From Sphaeroforma arctica JP610 (lineage: Eukaryota), in contig NW_014040522.1 of NCBI RefSeq assembly GCF_001186125.1, positions 158,315 to 197,204 of the forward strand: DNA of 38,890 bases. Reading direction: 5' to 3'. The notes beneath the pieces are model-generated. The model worked only from the letters and a program-made list of their open reading frames with translations. It ran no database searches and had not been told where the DNA came from. Below, piece by piece: positions 1 to 10,497 of this stretch (position 1 is the stretch's first letter; each line of letters begins with the position of its first letter). Both the position numbers and the translations under genes were made by a program.

Positions 1-1907
1 TGTTCAACCACCTGGGATTACACTTCCAGTCAGTGGCTAGTAACTCACGTACGGATTTATTAAAGTCCGGTACAAAGCGTGATAACATATCCGGTAAATG
101 GTTATGTATTCCTGGCAGATGTTTTATATCAAAATAAAACTTTGATATTGTATCATGCCAGCGACTCAGTAATTGTGAGTCGGGTTTCATCTCACGAAGA
201 GATTTCTGATCACACATCAGCGTAAATGCTGTTCCGTATAAGTAATCTCGGAAGCGTGTTTGAGATGCCACTGTGGCTAATAGCTCTTGTTTAACAGTTG
301 GATAATTCAACTGTGAAGCATTCATTGCTCGATTAAAGAATTGTATCTAGGTTTACCATCTATAACCAGATATAATACTCCTAAGGCTAAGTCGGAGGCG
401 TCCGTTGTTATTTCAAACGGCACGCCATCGACTGGTCCTTGTACAACTGGGGTTTGTTGGACTGCGTTTTTGAGCGCTTTAAACGCGTCATCACACTCTT
501 TAGTCCACAAGTCTCCTAGTTTGCCTTTATGACACCTTAAGTGTCCAAACAAAAGGTTTAAGGTAATCAGCCAAGTGTGGTACTCCGTCTGAAAAGAAGT
601 TTACAAACCCACACATGCTGTTAACATCTCTTCCTGTAGTTGGTGTTTGCCAATCTAACAGGTGTGCTACCTTACCGGGGTCGATTTTAATACCTTCCCC
701 AGAGATATGGTAGCCTAAGAGCTGTATTTCGCTCATTGCGAAGTGGCATTTCTTCTCGTTAATCTTGAAGTTTTGCTCGTTGAGTCTCTTAAGGACTCGT
801 CTGATTAATGCGGCATGTTCGCCCTTAGTCTTAGAAAAGATGACTATGTCATCTATATAGACTTGCACGTTAGGCATGTCTGTGAACATTTATTCTTACT
901 TGTTGGAATAATGCTGGTAAAGAGTGTAACCCGAAAGATGCACCTCTGAACCGGTATTGTTTACCTTTCCACGTAAAACTAAAGTATTTACGATGTGGTC
1001 CATATACCTGCATTTGATGGTATCCTTGTGTAAGGTCTATAGTTGTAAATACTGTAGCACCTTCCATCCTTCGCAGTAGCTCGTTAATATGAGGTAAGTG
1101 AAAGCTATGAGTAGGCAATAATTCATTTATTGGACTCATATCTAAACATACTCTGACTTTCTTAAACGATCCGTCAGAGTTATGTTGGTCTACGGCTAGC
1201 AGCGCCAAGTAAACTGGCGTCTGTTGATAGTTAATTTCTATCACTCCATCTGCTAACTATTTCTCAACTTGTTCTTTTACCACAGCCTCGTGTCTCCAGG
1301 ATACATAGTTCCTTGAGGGATACTTTAACTGTGTAAAATCTACCTTGGTTAAGTCAAGGATAACATACCCGTCGTTAAAATTTACACAATCTGTGATCTT
1401 TATCTTCTTATTAACTAGAATCAGATCCATGATTTTGTTCGCAAAGTCAGGTATTAATGCCTTGACTGTGTCTGACGGGGGCTTATATGGATTCAGACAG
1501 TTATCGTCTGATTGATCCTTTAATGGATCTATCTTATTTGGTAGACCCGCTACGGTTATACCTAGAGTGAGTAAATCGCTCATTCCGACTATAATGTCGT
1601 ACTTCTGTGACATCTTAACTATCACAGCTTGGGTAGTGATATTCCTATCATTGGCCAGGGAGATTTTAATATCTGTGGCCATGGTATCACACTTAGCAGT
1701 TTTATCATCAGCTAAAATGAGGTGAGTTGTTTGTGTTCTCCTTTCGATATCTTTCATTAATGCAAAGCGATCGGATGTACATGAAATTTTTGAATCAGGA
1801 TCAATCAACGCAAGGATTTTATTTACATTGCAGTATACAGGGATTATTACAAGTTCATCTAAAGAGTCGTTGTATTGTCTGTGTAACGATTGTACCTGGT
1901 AGTACCT
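1..1907 (-). pseudogene. pol: pol of element A: protease, reverse transcriptase, RNase H, first residues of the MTase domain; broken by stops and frameshifts
   Basis: ORFs 1257-1808, 870-1244, 527-889 and 322-552 are consecutive pol pieces. Positions ~160-1 read WHDTISKFYFDIKHLPGIHNHLPDMLSRFVPDFNKSVRELLATDWKCNPRWLN, homologous to the RH/MTase junction of element B. Confidence 0.92.
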
Positions 1908-4150
1908 TCACTCCAACTTAATGTTGGGCTTTTTGTCACAAGACTTAGTGTGATACTTCTCACACTTGTCGCACTTAATAAGAAAGTGTGTACAGGTGGA
2001 CGTATGTCTGCCATTCCAATAGCCGTTAGGGGTTAATTGGTACATGTCATACCCACACTGTGCGTCGGCACATTTCTTAATCTCTTTAAATGGAGGTTCC
2101 ATGTCCTTCGCTCCCGCGCGTGCCCGTTTATTGGGTCGCGTGGATAGAGTGGAGTCGCGAGCACGTGTATGTTGGGGTCTCTCGTTTGAGGTCTACCTGG
2201 ATACGTACCCGTGATCGGTGTGCTCCCGCGGCTTCTTAACAGCCGCTTTTCCCTTCGATGTTACTCGATGTGCGGGGGAAAGGGTAGATACAGTATCATA
2301 AAACTGTTCCCACGTAAGTCGGGATAGATGAAACTTTGTTTCATGTCCCTTGTCTCGAGCCTCAGTTGCGTGTTTACGTCGCAACTCGGTGTACTGGCTC
2401 TCACGGTCGTTATTCCCTATGTTCTTACAGAACACGTGCATAACCAGGAACTCGTACCATCGCTGTGCCTTGTTCTTTGTTATATCTGGACGTTTCAGGT
2501 CAGCATCTAGCTTCAGAATATAACTCTGAATGGGCGTGTTCTCAACTGGTTCAGTTAAAATTGAACTCAGTCCAGGGCTACGCATGTCCTTGCTTAACAA
2601 GGATGTAACCTACCAACACACAGCTGGCCGGTCACGACAAGTGTCTAGCTCATGCTGGTGTCGCTGCAGGATCAAATAACTTGTACCCGTAGGGTCAAAC
2701 GTCTGCATTAAGCAGAGATCCATTGCTGGGGAGCAATATCATTCGTCACCAGCATGACCGTAAACGCATCAAGCGTACGGGTTAGCATGTCGAGGTCATG
2801 GTTGTTTATAAATTCGACCTGCTTACTGTTAGCATCCCAGTTCGACTTAAGTCGGCTGATCTGTCCCTTGTACTTCTGGTTGTCCCTGTGGTCTTGTCCA
2901 CGTTGGGCCTGAAGTAACTGATCAATGCGCTTTTGCTTAATCGTAATCATATTCGCAAAGTATGCTACATCATCAGCATGATGCGCATCGTGGGCGATTT
3001 CCATTTTAATGGTGTAATCGTCGACCGATTTGTTAAGTTCGGTCACCTCGTCAGTGTGAAAATCCTCTGCGGGTTGATGTAGTGCTGTGCGATCGAAGCG
3101 ATTAAATACCGACTTCGTTAACACGTTTACGGGGTTGTTTATTACCCCTTGTAAAATCCATGGTCGAGGCCTTTCGGTGCTCTGTTCCTCGGATAGTGGT
3201 TAGTATTATAATATTGGGTGATTCATACGTCTGGATAACATACACAGTCTTAACTGGTTTCCGACGATTGTCATCCCAATTGGGTAAAGGTGGCGGAGTA
3301 TTTCTACCAGCCTCTGGGTCTATAATACCCTCAAGGACCGGTGACTCACGGCCGGGTGTCATAACAGGCGATTTATTAGCCTGAAGTTCTGGTGGTAGTA
3401 CCTCGTAAGGTATAGATACGCTGAGCACATCTGAATCATATGCCACAGGTGTAGCGCTTGAGTCTTTACGTTCTTCGGGCGTAATTGCCTGTCGACGTTC
3501 TGTCCACTTCTGTAGGGCTTCAGTAATGCCCGGGGAAACATGCTCGCGTAAGTGCTGTGTATGTTTTCCTGATCTATATAATTGATCTACATGTTCGACA
3601 GTCAAGTCTTTCATAATGGTAGCTAACTGATTCTTAAGATCAGCGTTTTCAGTAATTAAGTTACTTATGTGCGTTGGCTTAGTAGTCTTGGACGTAGATT
3701 CGGGTTTGCCACTTGAGCTTGCCTCCTCGTCTGTAGTTCCTTCTGAGATTTGTCCTTGTCCCCTATAATTGGGGACTCCCTTATAATTGGGTGCTTTCCT
3801 TTCTGAGTTTCGTCAGAAGAATGGGTTGGGGCGTCTTGAGACGTGTCCCTTGTCTCACTTCTTGGCTTCGTAAATGCAAGCTTTGAAGTTGAGGCAATAG
3901 TTGGCCTTCGGGCTCTGTCAGTGGGAGTAGTTTGCTTAATCGGAGTGGCTACATCCTTATCTGAAGCATTGTCCTTTTGACTATTATTGTCAGAGGCAAG
4001 TACTTCGGCTACAATGCGGTTAAACGCATCAGCAGCGGCAGCGGTTGCTTCTGCGGCAGCAGTAGCTGCGGCAGCGTTAGAGGCTTCTCTCTCCATCTTC
4101 TTCTTTTCAGCTTTACGCTTCTTAGAAGGAGTATTGTCTTTCTTGGTCAT
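1908..4150 (-). pseudogene. gag: gag of element A (fragmented), with C-terminal Cys/His cluster
   Basis: ORFs 3665-4150, 3102-3614, 2708-3124, 2193-2600 and 1908-2102 lie between LTR and protease. They share motifs with gag of B (LTWEQFY/LTWAEFY; WNGRH..C.HF..KC..C). Confidence 0.8.
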
Positions 4151-4277
4151 AATCTTAACTTATGACTACTAGCTTGCCTCTTAAGGACTAGCTTGGACAA
4201 GAAAAATTTTGTGGTAGTTAATCTACCTTTACACTTAAGTAGTCTAAGTAATTAATACCTTTGCTAACTTTAAAATG

Positions 4278-5151
4278 TGTAAGATTCGGTCCCTCAAGGC
4301 GATATTAACGCCTTAGAATAAATAAACGCGTAGGTAAATTCTGAGTATCGTGAAAATATCAAAGCAAATAAACGAAATAAGACATTTAGTAAAGGTAGGT
4401 TTGCCTCGTGAAAACAGCAATACTCTGAGGGATTGTGAGGCTGAGACATTGCCTATATATATAATCCTCTCAGTACTGTTTCCGCCGAAGGGATTTTATT
4501 TAGTGTTTCGTTGTCGCTCTATTAGAAACTATGCTATGTTTCATTGGGGCGAATCCGAGGGACTCATATAATCCTATCTTTAGAAGAAGAAGAAATACTC
4601 TTGATGTCCTTAGTTATTGTCTTAACCAATAACATGCCACTTATCAAGAATTACCGACTTAGCCTTCATCAGACTGGCACATCTGGTTGGCTGATCGGAG
4701 TATCAACTAGGTAACGTTAATAGTCCTTAGAAACCTATATTCGGTTGAGCCATCTCGCTACCGAAGTTTTCAGATATAAATAAAAATGGAAAGTAAATAA
4801 AGTTCTATTAATAGAACTAGACCAACTCTTTATGTTTGGTACTTTACTGAGGCCTTTTAATGGCCTCGTCCGAATATCAGATATGTAAAATGGAAAAGGT
4901 ATTAATTAATAAAACCATTAAACCCCATTTTAGGAAACTTAAGTTCCTCGTGCTATTTAGAGTACATTTAGGAAACTTAAGTTCCTCGTGCTATTGAGAG
5001 TACATTTAGGGAACTTAAGTTCCTCGTGCTATTAAGAGTACATTTAGGAAATTTAAGTTCCTCGTACTATTAAGAGTACGTTTATAATTTACGTACTGCT
5101 TAAGAGTACGTTTATAACATAGAGTCTAATGTGGAGGCCCGGCTTATTACA
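4278..5151 (-). repeat. 5' LTR of element A (LTR family 1), 874 bp
   Basis: TGTAA...TTACA inverted termini. Closely similar to 7652-8418 and more distantly to 13655-14336. TATATATA at ~4454-4463. Confidence 0.93.
4929..5080. repeat. 38-bp tandem repeat x4 inside the LTR
   Basis: Unit TTTAGGAAACTTAAGTTCCTCGTGCTATTAAGAGTACA repeated four times; one copy only in the solo LTR (~8311-8348). Confidence 0.9.
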
Positions 5152-5396
5152 TTATGTACAATTCTAATTTCAGTGGAAAAACCGATCTATATTTGAAAAA
5201 CCACCTAATTGTCCACAGTAGAGTCCCATACTCTACTGAGTACTGTCACATGTTCAGAATCTTGAATTTATCAGTTCTTGTTCATTTCCAATTCGATAAA
5301 CGTATTCCAGTATTATAAGTATGAACGTTAATACGTTTATACGTTTATAAAATACGTTAACTTTGCAACTACTATTAGGAGCCCGATATTTTTACA
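5152..5396 (-). repeat. Start of the 3' LTR of element B, interrupted by element A
   Basis: Minus strand reads PPT-CTA-TGTAAAAATATCGGGCTCC; the sequence stops at the LTR terminus of A (5151). No second copy is in the window. Confidence 0.7.
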
Positions 5397-5399
5397 TAG

Positions 5400-5410
5400 C
5401 CCCCCCCCTC
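5400..5410 (-). promoter_or_regulatory. Polypurine tract (plus-strand primer) of element B
   Basis: GAGGGGGGGGG on the minus strand, 3 nt before the LTR TG and downstream of the integrase stop. Confidence 0.85.
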
Positions 5411-5582
5411 GGCTTGAAAATTACAATTTTGGCTTATACGTGGTATTAGCACATAGATTAAAAAAGCTCACATGAATTGTACAAGCGAAAAGAAAAGAAA
5501 CGGGTTTCGATCATATAACGGCCTCAATGCTTATGTTATATTCTCTTCGACAAAGTATACTTAGACGTTTCAAGTTACTCGA

Positions 5583-6990
5583 TTACTCTATTATGTTTGG
5601 GCTTTGATCCTTGTGGTCCCCGATGGTGGATGGGACGTTTCTTAATGCCTTTTGGAGGTACGTACATTCCATGCTGTTTAAAGCTGGGAATGTATGATGT
5701 CTGTGGATAGATCTTAACCACTTCGGGTCGCTTATTCGATGGTAAGATTGTTTCTGCATCAGCCTTATTTTTGTGTAAGCGTTTGTGAAACTTCTTATTA
5801 AAAGCCTTTAGTACATCCGGATCATCAAATGCTAATGGTGGAAGATCCTACTGTGCTCCATCGGCGAACTCCGTAGTGTAATATGTCATATCCTCATGTT
5901 TGTACTTCCCTAGAATCTTCTTAAACTCGTAAGACATAAGAGGTGTAGTAGCTTCACGTGTGCGACGAAGGATGATCTCTGTCGTAGGGATTCGATGTGA
6001 CCCGATATTTAAGGCACTAGAGCCGTCAACGTTGTTAACTTCATACGTTCCGCTCTTCTTATCGGCCACAGAGATCATAAATGGTCCAATATATTTAGCC
6101 GCTAGCACAGTTGTATCGGAGTTGCGAGCCATAATGTTGACTATATCGCCTACCTCAAACTCAACTATTTTCTTGTTATCTTTCCATCGCTTTTATCTCT
6201 TCTTGAGAGCGATGTCCTTCATCTCCCTTAAGCAAGGATATACCACATCTCTGGTCCGACGCATCTTCTCTAACCATGGTAACACATGATCATCTTGAGA
6301 CTCCTTGTTGAAGGGGATCTGTAATTCACTATAACGGCCCCGGAAATAGTAAGCGGGTGTTGTACCAGTGATTGAATCAGGGGATTCGTTCATCTGTGTC
6401 TGTACCCAATTGATTGAGTACGGCTACATGTCAGCATCATCAAGTAGTGCTCCTCGCATGAACTCCTTCATCTTTCTGTGTCGTACCTCGTTCGCACCTT
6501 GTGTCTGAGGCTTGTAAGGTACACCCATCTTATGGCATGATCCCGCAACGAGTAACAGTGTCGTCATGACATCTCCTGTAAACTCACTACCGTTGTCGGA
6601 ACATACAATAGCTGGCCAGCCGAAATCTGCGAAGCACTTATATATGCACTCAGCCACAGTTTGTGTCGATTTATCTTTCAGCGGATACAATACATTATAT
6701 CTTGATGCGACATCAAACACGTGACAGACATATTTATCCTTCGTGTGTTCGGACGTGGGTAGCTCAACCAAATCAATGATATCCCGGCGCCACGGCTCGT
6801 CTTCTGATACGCTGCGTAAAGGTGCGTATCCGTAGCGCTTGATCCGGTTAACTTCGCAGTTGTTACATTCGTGATACACCTGAGATATATATTGCTTGAG
6901 GTTCGGGTGTACGATTCCGTGCCTCTTGCAACCTTCCTCAGTTCTAACCTTCCCATGTGCTTAAGAGCATGATTTTGTCTTAACCACTTC
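5583..6990 (-). pseudogene. DDE integrase of element B with HHCC finger, GPF motif and divergent chromodomain
   Basis: HALKH...CNNC; DIIDLVELP; FADFGWPAIVCSDNGSEF; PYKPQTQGANE; AKYIGPF; YEFKKILG...YYTTEF...*DLPPLAFDDPDVLKAF. Frameshift near 6880-6900 and internal stops. Confidence 0.92.
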
Positions 6991-7436
6991 AGAATCGCCT
7001 TCTGTGATTTACTTGTTACATTGAAATCAGGAGGTGAGAATTCCACCGCGTCATCACCTGGACTCGAAGACTCGTCTTGTCCAATCTCGCTTAAAGCTTC
7101 TACATCGTGAATCCGACTAATGTTTGATTTATCCATTAGTTGAGTCACATGATCATATACCTCGGGAAAGTCATTCATCAATTGCTTAAGCAATCGAGTT
7201 TCTGCTTGGTATGTAGTTTCCCTGTCAGACCGTATCTTGTTGTAGAAGGCTTTCGCTAGTGTTGCGCTCCTCTTTGATTCCTTTGAATTTGGCTGTATCT
7301 CGGTAACACATATTGCAGGTGCTTGTGTTGTCCCAGTCTCTGATTGAGACTTGGGAATCAAGAGTGGAATCTTGGATTCTTCAACCTTCTGTTTGAAAGT
7401 CTCGGATGTTGTCCACTTGGTTGTTCCAACTGGACC

Positions 7437-8612
7437 TATTCGACATATAATAGTATGTCGCCAAGGCGTCTTTTGGACTGCACGGATACCCTGGTAGAGA
7501 AAAGTATCTACCTCTCTGTCCACATAGATCGGCTCACATTGTATCATTGAGATCAACTGTGGTAGCCATTTATCTGAGTGTCTTAGGGGACAACACAACG
7601 TGATGGTAGCATCTTGAATATGTACATAATTTAGCAACTGTGGTATTAATATGTAAGATTTGGCCTATCAAGGCGATATTAACGCCTTAAAGTAATTAAA
7701 CGCGTAGGTAAAGTCTAAGTATCGTGAAATTTAAAGTAAATAAGCGAAATGAGTCTTTTCGTAAAGTTAGGTGTGCCTCGTGGAAAAAACAGCAATACTC
7801 TGAGGGATTGTGAGGCTGAGACATTGCCTATATATAATCCTCTCAGTACTGTTTTCGCCGAAGGGATTTTATTTAGTGTTTCGTTGTCGCTCTAATAGAA
7901 ACTATGGTATGTTTCGTTGGGGCGAATCCAAGAGACTCATAAAATCCTATCTTAAGAAGAAGAAAAAAGAATAGAAAAAGAAAAATACTCCTTATGTCCA
8001 TAGTTATTACATTAACCAATAACTTGCCACTTATCAAGAATTACCGACTTAGCCTTCATCAGACTGGCACATCTGGTTGGCTGAACGGAGGATAAACTAG
8101 GTAACGCTCCCTAGAAACCTATATTCGGTTAAGCCTTCTCGCTACCGAAGTATTCAGATATAAATAGATTTGGAAAGTAAATATAGTTCTATTAATAGAA
8201 CTAGACCAAATCTTATATTTGGTGTTTTACTGGGGCCTTTTAATGGCCTCGTCCAAATATCTGATATGTAAAATGGAAAAAGTATTAATTAATAAAACCG
8301 TTAAAACCCATTTAGGAAATTTAAGTTCATCGTACTATTAAGAGTACGTTTATAGTTTACGTACTGCTTAAGAGTACGTTTATAACATAGAGTCTAATGT
8401 GGAGGCCCGGTTATTACAAATAGCCATGGAGGATTTGCCCAGGCATTCTCGTGAGACAAGTCTATCTGGAATCCGTCTCCTTCCGGATGTTCCAGTGTCC
8501 GGTACCTCGGCAGTTGCGCATTATGATGAGCGGCAAACATATCTATGGTATGTGGTACATATATGTTGTCAGCGATCTTAAACCACCTAGGATTGGCCAT
8601 CCAATCTGTAGC
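7437..8612 (-). pseudogene. Dam-like DNA N6-adenine (amino) methyltransferase domain within pol of element B, split by a solo LTR
   Basis: After removing 7652-8418 plus one TSD it reads in one frame: TDWMANPRWF...PHTIDMFAAHHNAQLPRY...DGFQIDLSHENAWANPPWLLIPQLLNYVHIQDATITLCCPLRHSDKWLPQL...TPWRHTIICRI. NPPW codons at 8424-8435. Confidence 0.88.
7652..8418 (-). mobile_element. Solo LTR (family 1), 767 bp, 4-bp TSD AATA
   Basis: TGTAA...TTACA termini; AATA at 7648-7651 and 8419-8422; similar throughout to 4278-5151. Confidence 0.95.
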
Positions 8613-8639
8613 TAGTAACTCCCTAACCATCTTGTTAAA

Positions 8640-10497
8640 GTGTGGTACGAAGCGAGACAACATGTCGGGTAAGTGATTGTGAATACCCGGTATATGTGTT
8701 ATACCGAAAGAAAATTTCGCGATTGTGTCATGCCACTAACTGACTAACTGTGAGTTAGGTTTCATGTCCTTTAGGTGTTGCAATGACTTCTGATCACATA
8801 GCACGTTAAAGTGCGTGCCATATAGATAGTCCTTAAAATGAGAGTGTGCAGTAGCAATAGTCAAAAGCTCTTGTTGCACGGTTGGGTAATTGATCTGAGA
8901 CGAATTCATAGCCCTGCTAAAGAACTGTATATATCTTGGTTTCCCATCAATCATTTGATACAAGACGCCGCCGAGCGCCATGTCGGACGCGTCTGTTGCT
9001 ACCATGAATGGAATACCATCCTTTGGTGGCTGGACTACTGGTGCCTGCTGAACCACTGAATTGAGCTGCTTAAATACGTCATCACAGTCTTTGGTCCACA
9101 GTGTGCCTAGTTTGCCTTTATGACATCTCAAATGTCCAAAGGGCTTTAAACAACTTGCCAGGTGTGGTACTCCGTCAGAAAAAAGTTGACGAATACGCAC
9201 ATGCTGTTGACATCCTTACCCGTGGTAGGAGTTATCCGTCTAGCAAGTGGTCAACCTTCCCGGGATCGATCATGATTCCATCCCCGGATATTCGGTAACC
9301 CAACAGCTGAATCTCGTTAACACCGAAGTGGCATTTCTTACTGTTGACCTTAAAGTTGTGCTTGTTGAGTCTGTCTAGAACCTCTCGCACAACATTTTCG
9401 TGCTCCTCTTTAGTTTGGGTGAATACCACTATGTCATCAATGTATACTTGTACATTGTCCATGTCCCTAAACAAGTCTTGCATAATTTGTTGAAATAACA
9501 CAGGTGACATGTGTAACCCAAAGGGGGCACCTTTGAACGAATATTGCTGACCCTCCCAGGTAAAGGTGAAATACTTCCGATGTGGTTTGTAGATCTTTAT
9601 CTGGTGGTAGCCCTGCTTCAGGTCGATAGTGGAGAATATCTTAGCTCCCTCCATGCGCCTGAGTAGTTCGTTTATCCTTGGTAAGTGAAAATTGTGTGTC
9701 GGTATCAAAGCATTAGTTGGGCTCATATCCAAACACACCCGAACTTTCTTCAAGGTCCCGTCAGAGTTGAATTGGTCGACGGCTAAAAGCGCTAGGTTGA
9801 CGGGAGTCGGCTCGTAGTTGACTGCGATCACCCCGTCATCTAGCCATGCTATAACCTGTTCTCGTACGACCTGCTCATGACGCCATGCAACATAGTTACG
9901 TGTAGGACACTTAAGCTTCGAGAAATCTACTCTCGTCAGGTCTAGACTAACGTATCCGTTATTGAATTTAAACTTAGCCCAGTCAGTGATCTGAATCTTG
10001 TCGTTCTCGAAAATCAAGTCCTTGAGTTTCTCTGTGGTTTGAGGAATCATCTCCTTCACAGTCTTCGAAGGTTTATTTATCGGTTTCAACAAGTTATCGT
10101 CCGACTGATCCTTCTGTGGTTCAATGTTAGTAGTTAAGCCTGTAATTGTGATACCTAATGACAATAAATCACTCAGACCTACTATGAGATCATAGTCTGG
10201 TGAAGTGTTACATATGACTGCCTTAGTAACTATAGTACGTTGGTCTGTCAATGTAAACCTAAGATCGATTGCCATTTCTCTGCAAGTGATCTCTCTTTCA
10301 TCAGCTAGTTTCAACATAGTTGGCTCTGACTTACGAGTTACGTCTATTATTTTACAGAATCTAGAGGATACACATGAAATTTGCGAGCCCGGATCCAACA
10401 ACGCTTTTATTTCATTCCCGTCAACTCGTATATCTAGGATTACACGCTCGTCTTGAGGTGCGTCCTTTTGTCTTAGTGACAAGACCCGGTATGTTTG
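8640..10497 (-). pseudogene. pol: Protease, reverse transcriptase and RNase H of element B
   Basis: ALLDPGSQIS; IDLKQGYHQ; APFGL; YIDDIVVF; VATDASD...QELL...DQKSL...LPDMLSR. Frameshift near 9200-9235 and a stop at 8736. Confidence 0.95.

Larger units (their letters stand above)
1..5151 (-). mobile_element. Ty3/Gypsy LTR retrotransposon A (5' LTR, gag, PR-RT-RNase H, start of methyltransferase domain); runs off the window; inserted in the 3' LTR of element B
   Basis: Order LTR(4278-5151)-gag-PR(ALIDPDS)-RT(IDLTQGYHQ, YIDDIVIF)-RH(TTDASD...PDMLSR). Several stops and frameshifts. Confidence 0.93.

Noticed and set aside
1..16. 15/16 match of TGTTCAACCACCTGGG to the family-2 LTR core
   Set aside because: Too short, and it reads in frame as the NPRWLN start of the MTase; treated as coincidence.
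1257..8738. Alternative genetic code to explain internal stops in pol
   Set aside because: The stops are sporadic (for example TAG where TGG is expected), differ between copies and come with frameshifts; this is ordinary decay.
7437..10497. DIRS-type element (RT-RH-MT order is typical of DIRS)
   Set aside because: pol continues into an HHCC/DDE integrase followed by a PPT and TG-starting LTR, and a protease is present. No tyrosine recombinase is seen.
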